Source of the DNA: Thermoproteota archaeon
Lineage (GTDB): Archaea; Korarchaeota; Korarchaeia; Korarchaeales; Korarchaeaceae
DNA length: 64,000 bases
Direction: 5' to 3'
Assembly (NCBI GenBank): GCA_026986575.1
Contig: JALSOH010000004.1
Span: 256,001-320,000, forward strand
Shown: one piece after another, positions 30,316 to 39,703 of the stretch
Layout: every line of letters begins with the position of its first letter
How positions within the stretch are numbered: the first letter of the stretch is position 1
Notes under the pieces: generated by a model
Seen by the model: only the letters and a program-made list of their open reading frames with translations
Database searches by the model: none
What the model was told of the DNA's origin: nothing
Made by a program: the position numbers and the translations under genes

Positions 30316-31564
30316 CTTCGGTACCTCATACTACAAGTTCGGGCCTTGGTGGCTCATGAAGACCGGGCCCGACATGGTGGAGAACAGGGGGTACTTTCCC
30401 AGAATATCGAAGCTCTCTGCCGAGGTCAGGGGCATTAAATCGAGGGAGGTAGTTGTAGGTAATGAGGTAACAGAGTACTTGGAATCTAAGGCTGACCTAT
30501 CTAGGCTCTACTACCCCATGAGAAACGGCATAGTGGAGAGGGGAGATGAGAGGGGTTGGAAGGTAATAAAGGAGCTCGTGAGATACGGGCTTCTCAAATA
30601 CCACCCTGGGAGAACGGACTCTACCGGAGTTCCCTTCCACGGTTTCTTCGTAGTCGCATCGCTAGCTGCACAAGCACCGACATACATGTACGAGAGGCTG
30701 TTTGAGATTCACAAGGAGGTGAACGCCGAGGAAGGAGGTGGCCTTGTAAGGGCGGTTACCATAATACCGCAGCCGTTAGCGGTTGCCATAGCGGAGAAGG
30801 CGGTGACGTGTGTTGTGGTTGAGGCAGGGCACGGAAACACCCAGATAACGCCCATAAGCAGGGACGTGATTAAGGCTGCCTTGATCCCCCTCAACAGGGG
30901 AGGAAGCGATTCGGACAGGATCGCAGCTCAGATCCTGAAGGATCTCGGTTACTCCGACTTAGCTAGGGAGGAGAAATTCGTCCGCATATTCAAGGAATCC
31001 GTTGGTCTCCTCCCCTTAGACGTGGATAAAGCCATATCTTGGGCTAAGGATCATCCTAGCGCGCTACAATCAGTCTTCCGCATTCCCGGTACTACAGTGG
31101 AGGTGGACATGGGAGATAAGGCGTGGCAGAGGTTCCTCATAGGCGAGTTCTTCTTCAATCCCGGACACGAGATCTTCGAGAGCTACTACTCTAGGGGCTT
31201 CACACCACCCAAGGACACTCTCGTGGGAGGTGAAGTGATCCCAGGGGACGTGAGTCTGGCTGAAGCTATAAGGGAAGCCATTTCTAAGACCCCAGTGGAG
31301 CTTCAGTCGTCCATAGTGAGGCACATTATCCTATCGGGAGGGGCCTTCAACTGGCAAGTCCCCAAAGGGTTGGAGGGAATAGCCACGGACTCGCCGACCA
31401 AGCTTAAGGTGATGATGAAATCCGTGGGGCTGGAAACCGATCCCAAGATGGTCTCGGATCCCCAGTTCAGCGTGTGGAGAGGGGCCATAGTCTACGGATT
31501 GGCGGTCGGGGAAGGAATTAAGTGGGACTGGGGAAAGATGGAGGGCTGGTTCTATGTGGAATGA
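30281..31564 (+). CDS. Crenactin (archaeal actin)
   Basis: DFGTSYYKFGP, PQPLAVAIAE, EAGHGN, ILKDLGYSDLAREE, RFLIGE, ILSGGAF, PQFSVWRGA. Confidence 0.92.
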   Translation: MSVTTKPIFASDFGTSYYKFGPWWLMKTGPDMVENRGYFPRISKLSAEVRGIKSREVVVGNEVTEYLESKADLSRLYYPMRNGIVERGDERGWKVIKELVRYGLLKYHPGRTDSTGVPFHGFFVVASLAAQAPTYMYERLFEIHKEVNAEEGGGLVRAVTIIPQPLAVAIAEKAVTCVVVEAGHGNTQITPISRDVIKAALIPLNRGGSDSDRIAAQILKDLGYSDLAREEKFVRIFKESVGLLPLDVDKAISWAKDHPSALQSVFRIPGTTVEVDMGDKAWQRFLIGEFFFNPGHEIFESYYSRGFTPPKDTLVGGEVIPGDVSLAEAIREAISKTPVELQSSIVRHIILSGGAFNWQVPKGLEGIATDSPTKLKVMMKSVGLETDPKMVSDPQFSVWRGAIVYGLAVGEGIKWDWGKMEGWFYVE

Positions 31565-32295
31565 ACCATCTCTTGGAATTGAATGGCGTTTTCGAAGCTG
31601 AAATAGGAGTTATTGAACAGCACGTAGTTCTCCCTCAAGGACCACCCCTCCACAATCTCTCTAAGCCTTTCTAACTCTTCCTTCCCGTACTTGTGGGAAT
31701 ATATGATTTTCTTCCCCTCCCTCCTACCATGCAACCTGTAGTATCGGATCTTACCATAAACGGGAGCTTCGTACATGGGATCCACAACGTGAGAGATCCC
31801 TAGGTCCTCCAGAAGGTCCCTGAACTTCGGGCTCTTGAGCCAACCAGCCTCTCTGACCTCCCATGCCAGTAGAAAGCCCCCCGAGATGGTGGAGAAGAAC
31901 TCTCGCGCGTTGGCGAGATTGACCTCGTTGAATTCGAAGGAGGGCGGGCTTTGAAAAACTACAACACTTGCTCCTAGCTCCTTCACCGGAACTTCGAATT
32001 CCTCCCACAGGTTGAAGTTCTCCTTGGTGGGCTTGAGCGACCCATAGGAGTCATCCTTGGGAAGGCCTGTCTTACCCCATATCCTGCTTCTGGGATTATG
32101 GGTGAATGCCATCCAGGCCTTTACAGTGAACTCGAAGTCTTTAGGAGCCTCCTCACGCCACCTCCTCAAGGTTTCAATCTTAGGCGGTTTGTAAAATGTC
32201 TTCTGAACCTCTACCAACCTGAGTTTCTCATAATATCTCTTCCTAGAGACCTGAAATCCGCAGCAACCCACCTTCACGGTAGCAGATATCCCCAT
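31552..32295 (-). CDS. DUF72 family protein
   Basis: VGCCGF, VEVQKTFY, FTVKA, FQSPPSF, YYRLHG, YVLFNN. Confidence 0.9.
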   Translation of the reverse strand: MGISATVKVGCCGFQVSRKRYYEKLRLVEVQKTFYKPPKIETLRRWREEAPKDFEFTVKAWMAFTHNPRSRIWGKTGLPKDDSYGSLKPTKENFNLWEEFEVPVKELGASVVVFQSPPSFEFNEVNLANAREFFSTISGGFLLAWEVREAGWLKSPKFRDLLEDLGISHVVDPMYEAPVYGKIRYYRLHGRREGKKIIYSHKYGKEELERLREIVEGWSLRENYVLFNNSYFSFENAIQFQEMVHST

Positions 32296-33359
32296 TTCTC
32301 CACCATCGCCTCCACATCCTTATCCCTCCTGATTACTGATAAGAGGTTTTCACCTCTCATGAAGGAATCCAGCACCTCTCTTATGGATCTTACTCCAGCT
32401 ATGATCCCTCTGGGGTGATCGTATATTCCTAGATCCCCATTGAGGATCACCTGCAGGTCCTCAGGAATATTGGCGATGGCTATCCCTTGGTGGACTTGGG
32501 GGGAAGTTAACGGCATCGCAGCGCCCTTCCCGCTTCCAATGACCTCATCTAGCTCCCTAACGATCTCCAGATCCTCCCTCCTCCATGCCACGGATCTCTC
32601 GATCAGATCAAAGCCGCTAGCTCTCAAGAGCTTGTAAGTGGCTTTAATTCCCAATCCTACCTCTCTAATGAAGCAGTTCACGCCCCTCGCTGCCAAGAAT
32701 ATGTTGTCCATGAACTCGATCGCGAGCCTGAGCATCCCCAGATCCCAGCACAGATGGACGTAAAACCCCTTTATCCCCAAGGAGATGGCGCGCTCTAGAT
32801 CTTCTGAGGATAAGGGGAGTCTCATGAAGTACAGTACTCGCTTACCTTCCTCCTCTTTTATCCTATCAGTGATTTCGACTATCTGATGAGCCCTATCTAG
32901 GTAAGGAGAAACCTCTCTATCAGTTAAATTGAGGGGATCGAAGCCTACGTGGAGGCCGGCCTTGCACATCTCCCTAAATAATCTTGCATGCGAGAGGGGA
33001 TGCAAGACAACGTTTTTTCCCACCGAGGCCGCTACACCCGGACCTCTAAGCCCTAAGTACTTCTTCAATCCAGATTTGCCCGGGGTGGGAGACCTCACCC
33101 TGTCGAGAGGGAATTCAACCCCCTTCACCTCACAGATCGGGGGAAAATGCTCCAGCAGCGACTCTACAGCATAGTATACGGATGTGAGTAGGAGATCCCC
33201 TCCCACCAGTTCCTCAGGAAGATCGACAGTGTATCGGTACTTTCCTATCTCATCCAATTCAATCTTCGCCTCTACCTCCTCTTCTAAGTCTGCCGGTAAG
33301 GATGCCTTCCCCAAAGGCTTTTTACACTCTAGTTCCAAGATCAAGACCTTTTCACCCAC
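32274..33359 (-). CDS. Divergent RuBisCO large-chain homolog lacking catalytic residues
   Basis: Collinear with form III RuBisCO (GIYDHPRGIIAG, EKWG tail) but KDDE is FDPL. Confidence 0.75.
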   Translation of the reverse strand: MGEKVLILELECKKPLGKASLPADLEEEVEAKIELDEIGKYRYTVDLPEELVGGDLLLTSVYYAVESLLEHFPPICEVKGVEFPLDRVRSPTPGKSGLKKYLGLRGPGVAASVGKNVVLHPLSHARLFREMCKAGLHVGFDPLNLTDREVSPYLDRAHQIVEITDRIKEEEGKRVLYFMRLPLSSEDLERAISLGIKGFYVHLCWDLGMLRLAIEFMDNIFLAARGVNCFIREVGLGIKATYKLLRASGFDLIERSVAWRREDLEIVRELDEVIGSGKGAAMPLTSPQVHQGIAIANIPEDLQVILNGDLGIYDHPRGIIAGVRSIREVLDSFMRGENLLSVIRRDKDVEAMVEKWGYLLP

Positions 33360-33411
33360 ATCTGGTCGTCACCCGGGGTTCTCTTAAATGATTCCGGTGT
33401 GAGTATGTCCG

Positions 33412-34647
33412 ATGCCAGAAGAAGTGGAAATACCTAAGGGTGAAGGGGTATTAGTGAGGTCACCAGCATCTATTAAACTCCTAAGCGGCAATATTGAGGT
33501 CTGGGGCGCCGAGTTCAATGAGATAGCAGTTCAGATGGACGGTGTTGAGCTACTAGTCACATCTTCCACTGACTCGAAAGTGGTTGTAGATGGGCACTAC
33601 GTGAAGTTGGAGAGCCCCATTCCGGACTGGTGGAGGGAGCTTCCTGAAATTGTGATGGACAAGAAGACCATGTTTATAGGCAGAGTTGACTCGGGCAAGA
33701 GCTCCACAATAGTTTTTACGATCAACAAGATAGTGAGAGGGGGTAGCACGGTCTCCATCATCGATTCAGACGTTGGCCAGTCAGATCTGGGACCGCCCGG
33801 GGTGATTTCCAGCAAGGATGTGGAAAAACCAGTAGCCCACACCAAGTTACTGGAACCGGACTTCATGTACTTCATCGGCGACAAAACACCAAGTGGCCAC
33901 TTCCTTCCAATGGTGAAGGGGCTCCTCAATGCCTTAGATAGGTCCAGGAGCAGGACCGTCCTGATAAACACAACGGGCTTCGTGGATGGAGGAGCGGCTA
34001 GGGCTCTGAAGAGGTTCAAAGTAGAGTTCTTGGATCCGGATATCTTGGTACTGATAGAGAAGGAAGAGGGAGACTTGGATCACATAGCTAAGATGGTTCC
34101 TAGGGATGTAAAGGTCCTGAAAGTCAGATCTCCCGTGAGAGATCTGACCAAAAGTAGGAATTACAGGATCGCTGTCAGGAGGGCCCTCCTGAGGAGGTAC
34201 CTATCTGGCGCCACTACGAGAAAGCTCGACCTCCGAGGAATCGAGCTGACGAACACGTTCCTAACGACAGGCAGGGCGAAAGACGAGTACATCCCATTCT
34301 TAGAGCGTATCTTGGGGGTGAGAGTGCGGTGGATGGAGGAGTCTCCCGACATGCTCATAGCGATCACGGAAGGCGAGGTCGACAGGAGGAAAATCGCAAC
34401 GCTCTCAGATCTCCTGAACAAAGAGGTGAGGGTGGGCCCAATGGATGTGTACAAGGGGCTCTACGTGGGTCTCATTCAAGGGAGAGAATGCAAGAGTGTC
34501 GGCATAATACAATCGATGGACATTAAGGAGGGTTGGATGAACATCTTAACCAAGTACGAGGGACCGGTAGATGGAATCGCACTGGGATACATCAGGTTTA
34601 ATGCTGAGGGCGAGGAACTCGGCTCAAGGGGGATGAACCTTCCATGA
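33412..34647 (+). CDS. Clp1/Grc3-family polynucleotide 5'-kinase
   Basis: GRVDSGKS, DSDVGQSDLGPPG, INTTGFV. Confidence 0.9.
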   Translation: MPEEVEIPKGEGVLVRSPASIKLLSGNIEVWGAEFNEIAVQMDGVELLVTSSTDSKVVVDGHYVKLESPIPDWWRELPEIVMDKKTMFIGRVDSGKSSTIVFTINKIVRGGSTVSIIDSDVGQSDLGPPGVISSKDVEKPVAHTKLLEPDFMYFIGDKTPSGHFLPMVKGLLNALDRSRSRTVLINTTGFVDGGAARALKRFKVEFLDPDILVLIEKEEGDLDHIAKMVPRDVKVLKVRSPVRDLTKSRNYRIAVRRALLRRYLSGATTRKLDLRGIELTNTFLTTGRAKDEYIPFLERILGVRVRWMEESPDMLIAITEGEVDRRKIATLSDLLNKEVRVGPMDVYKGLYVGLIQGRECKSVGIIQSMDIKEGWMNILTKYEGPVDGIALGYIRFNAEGEELGSRGMNLP

Positions 34648-36029
34648 GCTCCTCCTACATAAAAAATCTGGATGAGCTTGTTGACAACGGAGCGACTAGG
34701 AGGGACAAGGACGCCAGAAGGGCCCTGCTACTGGCCTTCGATAAGGCGATCACGGCTGCCGACGCTTATAAAGCGGTATTCTCCAGATTCTCGGATCAGG
34801 AGATAATATTCGGTACTTCATCCGTCGATATAGGATCCTTTGAAGGCGTTTACGTGGTGGGAGCAGGAAAAGCTGGAAGCATGATGGCTAAAGCCGTGGA
34901 GGACAGGATAGGGGATCGCATATCGTCCGGTTGGGTCAATGTCCCCGCTAAGACCGAGAAAGCCGTTTCCCTCTCGAAGATCATGTTGAATCCAGCCGGT
35001 CACCCAATCCCCGATGAGGGTAGCCTGAAAGGGGCTAAAGAGATCTTAGATACAGCTAAAAGGGCGGGAGAAAGGGACCTAATCCTCTCCCTGATATCGG
35101 GCGGTGGCTCTGCTCTAATGGAATACCCCATGGAGGGTATCTCTTTGAACGACCTACGAGAGATGAACAGGTTGCTCGTACTTTCAGGGGCGGATATCAG
35201 GGAGATAAACGCCGTCAGGAAGCACGTATCTCAGATAAAGGGTGGTAGGCTCGCCAAGGCCGCCTATCCGGCTACTGTCGTATCGTTGATAATATCCGAC
35301 GTCATAGGAGATCCCTTAGATGTTATAGCCTCCGGCCCAACTGCACCCGATGAGACGACTTTCGAGGACGCTTGGCAGGTGCTTGAAAACTATTCACTCA
35401 TCGATAAAATGCCGGAGTCCGTGATAAAAGTGCTGAAGCGCGGGTTAAAGGGTGAGATACCGGAGACCCCTAAGCCGGGCGACGAGGTATTCGATAGGGT
35501 CATGAACGTTATAGTGGCCAATAATCTGAAGGCCGTCCAGGCAGCTGAGAGGGCGCTGGTTGAGATGGGCTATAACGTGCTAGTGCTCGGCTCTAGGGCA
35601 CAAGGGGAGGCCAGACACATAGGTAAGTTTCTGGCAGGCCTTGCAGTCTCCATAGCGAAGGAGGGGCTGCCTCTCACCCCGCCTGCAGCCGTCATCTTGG
35701 GTGGAGAGACCACTGTGAAGGTGACTGGGCAGGGAATTGGAGGTAGGAATCAAGAACTGGTTTTAGGAGGGATCCCAACGATATCAGGTCTCGAGGGGGT
35801 CGTGCTGGGATCTGTGGGGACTGATGGAGTAGACGGAGTGTCTGACGCAGCGGGAGCGATAGCTGACGGCCGGACTTTGGAAAGAGCTCTCTCAGAAGGA
35901 CTGAGACCGGAGGTTTTCCTGAAAAATAACGACTCTCACACGTTCTTCTCGTGGCTCGGTGATGCTATCTTCACTGGTCCCACTATGACCAATGTGATGG
36001 ATGTTATGGGCTTGGTGGTTCAAGAGTGA
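34644..36029 (+). CDS. Glycerate 2-kinase (MOFRL family)
   Basis: GAGKAG, ISGGGSAL, IASGPT, GGRNQE, GTDGVDG. Confidence 0.93.
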   Translation: MSSSYIKNLDELVDNGATRRDKDARRALLLAFDKAITAADAYKAVFSRFSDQEIIFGTSSVDIGSFEGVYVVGAGKAGSMMAKAVEDRIGDRISSGWVNVPAKTEKAVSLSKIMLNPAGHPIPDEGSLKGAKEILDTAKRAGERDLILSLISGGGSALMEYPMEGISLNDLREMNRLLVLSGADIREINAVRKHVSQIKGGRLAKAAYPATVVSLIISDVIGDPLDVIASGPTAPDETTFEDAWQVLENYSLIDKMPESVIKVLKRGLKGEIPETPKPGDEVFDRVMNVIVANNLKAVQAAERALVEMGYNVLVLGSRAQGEARHIGKFLAGLAVSIAKEGLPLTPPAAVILGGETTVKVTGQGIGGRNQELVLGGIPTISGLEGVVLGSVGTDGVDGVSDAAGAIADGRTLERALSEGLRPEVFLKNNDSHTFFSWLGDAIFTGPTMTNVMDVMGLVVQE

Positions 36030-36092
36030 AGCCTTCAACAATGATTTTTAAGTGGGGAAATCCCACCTATCTAGCGAATCCGTGGGGATAAC

Positions 36093-36401
36093 ATGCCGAG
36101 AAGGAACCCGAAAGGGAACGACTCCTCCCGAGGTTGGAAGGGGAGACTGGGCAGGAAGGCTAAGGGAAGCTTGTATGTGACCAGATTCGACAAGCCGGAG
36201 GAGAGATCCTCCTCTCTAAAGCCTGGGGACTTAATAGAAGTGCTGGTCCAGTCCGTCAACAGGAGGGGCGAGGGAGAAGGGATCTACAGGGGCAGACCCG
36301 TGGTGATAGTAGGCGCCGCAGACCCAGGAATCACCGTAACAGCTAGGGTAAGGAAGATCTCTGGTGGTAAGATAATAGCTGAGATGGTAGAAGTCCACTG
36401 A
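36093..36401 (+). CDS. TRAM-domain RNA-binding protein
   Basis: LKPGD.IEV.V..V...GEG.G...G..V..G..PG; basic N-terminal tail. Confidence 0.8.
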   Translation: MPRRNPKGNDSSRGWKGRLGRKAKGSLYVTRFDKPEERSSSLKPGDLIEVLVQSVNRRGEGEGIYRGRPVVIVGAADPGITVTARVRKISGGKIIAEMVEVH

Positions 36402-36402
36402 G

Positions 36403-37137
36403 ATGAACAGCGAAGACAGAACATTATCCAGTCTGGAGAGGCTTCTAAGAGAGTTGGGTCTCTCCTCGTACGAATCCAAGGCATTAGCTTATCTCGCCCT
36501 CTCTAGGGAACAGGTTAAGGCTAGCGATTTGAGCAAGGCTACAGGAATACCCAGAACCAAGGTGTATGCGGTCTTGGAATCCCTAGAAGACCTAGGCTTA
36601 GTGAAAGTGTTTCCCACTAGGCCGTTGAGGGCATCATCTCCTCCTCCCGAGCTTTTACCAACTCTACTCTCCGAGATGGTGGTAGAGGAAGCCCTCAGAA
36701 AGCTCTCGTTACTCAAGAAGATGTTCAAGATAGAGTTCAGCGAGGGCCTCTGGGTCCTCGGAGAGATCACCCTGCCAGTGGGAGGTAGGAACACCATAAG
36801 AAGGGTCTCCAACGTTCTGCTGAGGGATTTCAAAGACTTCCTTATTTTGGTAACCAATGGGGAAGGGGTAGAATTCGTACCCTTTGGTCTGAGGTGCAGG
36901 AACGTAAGCTTGGTTGTGGATAGTCCGGACACCTATGAGAAGCTGAGGAACAGGGGTCTCGGAACAAGAAGCGTCAGAATGGCAAATCCAGGACTCTTCG
37001 CGTTTGTCACCGAGAAATCAGGTCTTATATCCGATGAAAATATGATGAACGGATTTATCTCGACGGAACCAGGGCTAGTAAAGGCCCTCACGGTCCTTTT
37101 GAGGGCGCTATACCTGACCTCACCTGCTCTTAAATAA
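36403..37137 (+). CDS. TrmB-family transcriptional regulator
   Basis: LGLSSYESK..L, GIPRTKVY.VL.SL..GLV. Confidence 0.88.
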   Translation: MNSEDRTLSSLERLLRELGLSSYESKALAYLALSREQVKASDLSKATGIPRTKVYAVLESLEDLGLVKVFPTRPLRASSPPPELLPTLLSEMVVEEALRKLSLLKKMFKIEFSEGLWVLGEITLPVGGRNTIRRVSNVLLRDFKDFLILVTNGEGVEFVPFGLRCRNVSLVVDSPDTYEKLRNRGLGTRSVRMANPGLFAFVTEKSGLISDENMMNGFISTEPGLVKALTVLLRALYLTSPALK

Positions 37138-37160
37138 AGGTTAAATCCCAACCCGTCAAC

Positions 37161-37547
37161 GTGTGGGGGGATGGGATGGACCCTGAGGAGAAGGAGGGTT
37201 GTGATTGGGAGCTTGAATTGCTGCAACTAAACTCCTTGCTCGATCTCCTAAGGTTAGCAGCGGCATCCAACTCCATTACAGTCCTGCTAGAGTTCAGGAG
37301 TGAGTCACTTGGAAAGAGGGTGATAGGTACCTTCGCGAACAACTACGGGGCTACGAAACCAGACATATTCTCCTACGTCCTCTATGAAGATGAGGATGAA
37401 GGAAGTTTCCTAGTATACAAAGCTGATGAGACGGGAGAGCAGTACAATTTCTCTAACGGAATTTCTCCGGCTGGCAGCATGGCCTTCCCCTTGGTGAAGC
37501 TCCCAAAGGAACCTAAATGGTTTTCAGAGAGGTTCTCCGATGAGTAG
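37161..37547 (+). CDS. Hypothetical protein
   Basis: Acidic ORF filling the gap, upstream TTAAA box. Confidence 0.6.
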   Translation: MWGDGMDPEEKEGCDWELELLQLNSLLDLLRLAAASNSITVLLEFRSESLGKRVIGTFANNYGATKPDIFSYVLYEDEDEGSFLVYKADETGEQYNFSNGISPAGSMAFPLVKLPKEPKWFSERFSDE

Positions 37548-37905
37548 GAGTAGGCTTCCCCTCGCAGCGCTTGTTTCTCTGGGCCTAATCTCAATAATAG
37601 CCGTTTCCCTCTCATACATCTCAGTCTCTTCGCTTAGGACAGATGTCGCTGGAAGCCTCTCCTGCATCGGTGAGGAGGCGATCTTAGAGGTGGTGAATAG
37701 GGGCGGGAGGATCACAGTCTACTACGTGAGCGTGATAAAGGGGGATCGTGTGGTGGAGCTTAGACGGGTGAATACGGTTCTAGACGAGGGCAAAGCCCTA
37801 AACCTGCGGTTAGAACTTCCTAAGGGTTCTAAAGTATCCATACTGCTGGATAAGGGGGTCATTCCGAACCTGTCTTGTGGGGAGAGAGGGCGCTCCCAGC
37901 CGTGA
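37540..37905 (+). CDS. Hypothetical N-terminally anchored surface protein
   Basis: N-terminal TM helix, beta-rich body; overlaps previous stop. Confidence 0.55.
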   Translation: MSRSRLPLAALVSLGLISIIAVSLSYISVSSLRTDVAGSLSCIGEEAILEVVNRGGRITVYYVSVIKGDRVVELRRVNTVLDEGKALNLRLELPKGSKVSILLDKGVIPNLSCGERGRSQP

Positions 37906-37937
37906 AATAGTTTTATTCGATGAGTTCCTTACTGAGA

Positions 37938-38011
37938 GGGGCCGTGGTCTAGCTTGGTAGGATGCCGGCCTTGGGAGCCGGAGGTCCCGGGTTCAAATCC
38001 CGGCGGCCCCA
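37938..38011 (+). tRNA. tRNA-Pro(UGG)
   Basis: GGGGCCG/CGGCCCC acceptor, CCGGC-CTTGGGA-GCCGG anticodon arm, GTTCAAATC. Confidence 0.96.
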
Positions 38012-38023
38012 TTTACGGGGATC

Positions 38024-38224
38024 ATGATGACAGTAAAGGTTTTCACCAAAAGAGGCCTGCTCAAGTTCCTGTCGTCCTACTTAGAGGATGCTGTTTACTC
38101 GGTTGAGATCGGAGAGAACAGCATCTCGATTCGTCGAGTCTCTCCAGTGACTGAAGGAACCTTGGGAATGAAACTGGACGATGAGACGGTTAATTACCTA
38201 ATCTCGAGGGGGGCAACCCTTTGA
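38024..38224 (+). CDS. Probable VapB antitoxin (degenerate AbrB-like)
   Basis: 66 aa, overlaps PIN gene start by 4 nt. Confidence 0.6.
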   Translation: MMTVKVFTKRGLLKFLSSYLEDAVYSVEIGENSISIRRVSPVTEGTLGMKLDDETVNYLISRGATL

Positions 38225-38610
38225 GGGCCGTGGTGGATACCAACGTGCTGATCCATGCCTACTTCAGTGATGCGGAGAGACACGACGAAGCTAGGAAACT
38301 TCTCATCTCATTGGACAAGTGGATAATTCCCTTCGTAGTCGTGGTGGAACTGTTCTGGTTCAGCAGAGGAGCCGGTCTCGATGCTAAAAGGACAAGGGAT
38401 TTGATACTGACGTATCTAGCGGATAAACGGGCTGAGTTGGCGTATAACGAGCTGGATGAGATCTTCGATTCCCTAGTATGCGAGGATCCATTGGACTGGG
38501 AGGATGAGCTCATACTATCCATAGCTGAGAGGGAAGGCGTTCCCCTAGCTACGTTCGATGGCAAGATGAGAGATAAGGCGGGAGGAAGGGGCATCCTAGT
38601 TATTCCATGA
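38221..38610 (+). CDS. vapC: VapC PIN-domain toxin
   Basis: VVDTNVL, VVVE, ED.LI..IA, LATFD. Confidence 0.9.
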   Translation: MRAVVDTNVLIHAYFSDAERHDEARKLLISLDKWIIPFVVVVELFWFSRGAGLDAKRTRDLILTYLADKRAELAYNELDEIFDSLVCEDPLDWEDELILSIAEREGVPLATFDGKMRDKAGGRGILVIP

Positions 38611-38616
38611 GTGAAT

Positions 38617-38728
38617 TGGTGCCGGGGCCGGGATTTGAACCCGGGACCCCCGGATTTCCCAGCGGGAGCACCGTGGGCCCGACTCAACTTATGAGTCCGG
38701 TGCTCTAACCAGGCTGAGCTACCCCGGC
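38617..38728 (-). tRNA. Elongator tRNA-Met(CAU) with 34-nt intron at 37/38 (38656-38689), CCA encoded
   Basis: GCCGGGG/CCCCGGC acceptor, CCGGA-CTCATA[intron]A-TCCGG, T-arm, ACCA. Confidence 0.92.
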
Positions 38729-38816
38729 TCCAGTGGAGTGGATGGATCACCGCACTAATAAAAATTGACCCTCACCATTGACGCGATTCACACGTACGAT
38801 CATTCACATTCACAGG

Positions 38817-38894
38817 GGCCCACGCTCGGTGTGAGCTGGGAACTCCATCTCCGCTAAGGATTCGTTGATGTTCGCTCTCCTCATCGCGTGGGCC
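38817..38894 (-). ncRNA. Candidate double-guide box C/D sRNA
   Basis: 9-bp terminal stem, C-like GCGATGA, D-like CCGA, upstream CTTAAAAA box; guides complementary to conserved 23S segments UGUUCGC and GUGAGCUGGG. Confidence 0.6.
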
Positions 38895-38967
38895 ATGTAG
38901 GATTGGGCTCTCTGGATTTTTAAGGTTATGGAGATATTTTTAACGCATAAGCGAGTCGTACAACTCG

Positions 38968-39690
38968 GTGATGGGCGTGGGCTTCGAAATATCTGAAGAG
39001 TTTGAAGAGGAAATCCCCTACTCACTCACCGATTACCTCCTTCAACCAATGAAGCTAGCCTCATCTGTCTTCAGGGCGCTGGTGATTAGGCCGAAGCTCA
39101 AGTACTGGTTAGTGGCCCTACTGATGGGCTCCGCTTTCACTGGCTTGGGCATGTGGATGGTATTTCAGAAGATAGAGATCAACTTGGTGGGCGGAGGGAA
39201 CATACCGGAGGAGGCCTTAGAGGCGGCCAAGGAGATGATGAACGTATTCATGAAGAATCCGGCAATCATCTACTTAGAAGCCCTTCTTTCGGAGCTCTTC
39301 ATACAGTTAGTAACTGCAGTGGTCCTCTTCGTGCTAGTAAAGCTCATGTCGGGCGAGGGAGGTTTCTCCTCATCGCTGATGGTGGCGGGCCTTAAGAACA
39401 TACCTTCGATACTCTCAGGGCTCCTGATGGCATACATAGGCTATATCATGCCCCCCGTGAGATGGGAGATAGACCTCTCCACCGGGAACGTAGGAGGGTT
39501 CGGTGGGGGAATGCCCCAAGGCCTTGAGGTACAACAGCAAGCCATAAACCTGCTGGTCTCCCTGTGGATGGTAGTTATCGTTTATTTGGCTTGCAGGTAT
39601 GGGTTCAAGATGAACAAGGGAAGATCTCTGCTTATCACGGTCATACTATGGGTAGTCCTCAACTTCACAGTATTCCTGAGTCTCCTGTAG
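38968..39690 (+). CDS. Yip1-like membrane protein
   Basis: L..P...F N-terminus, five TM helices, GEGGF. Confidence 0.7.
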   Translation: MMGVGFEISEEFEEEIPYSLTDYLLQPMKLASSVFRALVIRPKLKYWLVALLMGSAFTGLGMWMVFQKIEINLVGGGNIPEEALEAAKEMMNVFMKNPAIIYLEALLSELFIQLVTAVVLFVLVKLMSGEGGFSSSLMVAGLKNIPSILSGLLMAYIGYIMPPVRWEIDLSTGNVGGFGGGMPQGLEVQQQAINLLVSLWMVVIVYLACRYGFKMNKGRSLLITVILWVVLNFTVFLSLL

Positions 39691-39703
39691 TCTAACCTTA
39701 CCT

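Noticed and set aside
38651-38846. Inverted similarity between the tRNA-Met intron and the nearby sRNA (GGGCCCACG, GCTGGGAA)
   Set aside because: Short GC-rich matches and the N+5 position is unpaired; treated as probable coincidence
38790-38852. Fluoride riboswitch (GGAGATGGAGTTC resembles its 5' end)
   Set aside because: The 3' pseudoknot partner (GACUCCUAC-like) is absent and the downstream gene is a tRNA
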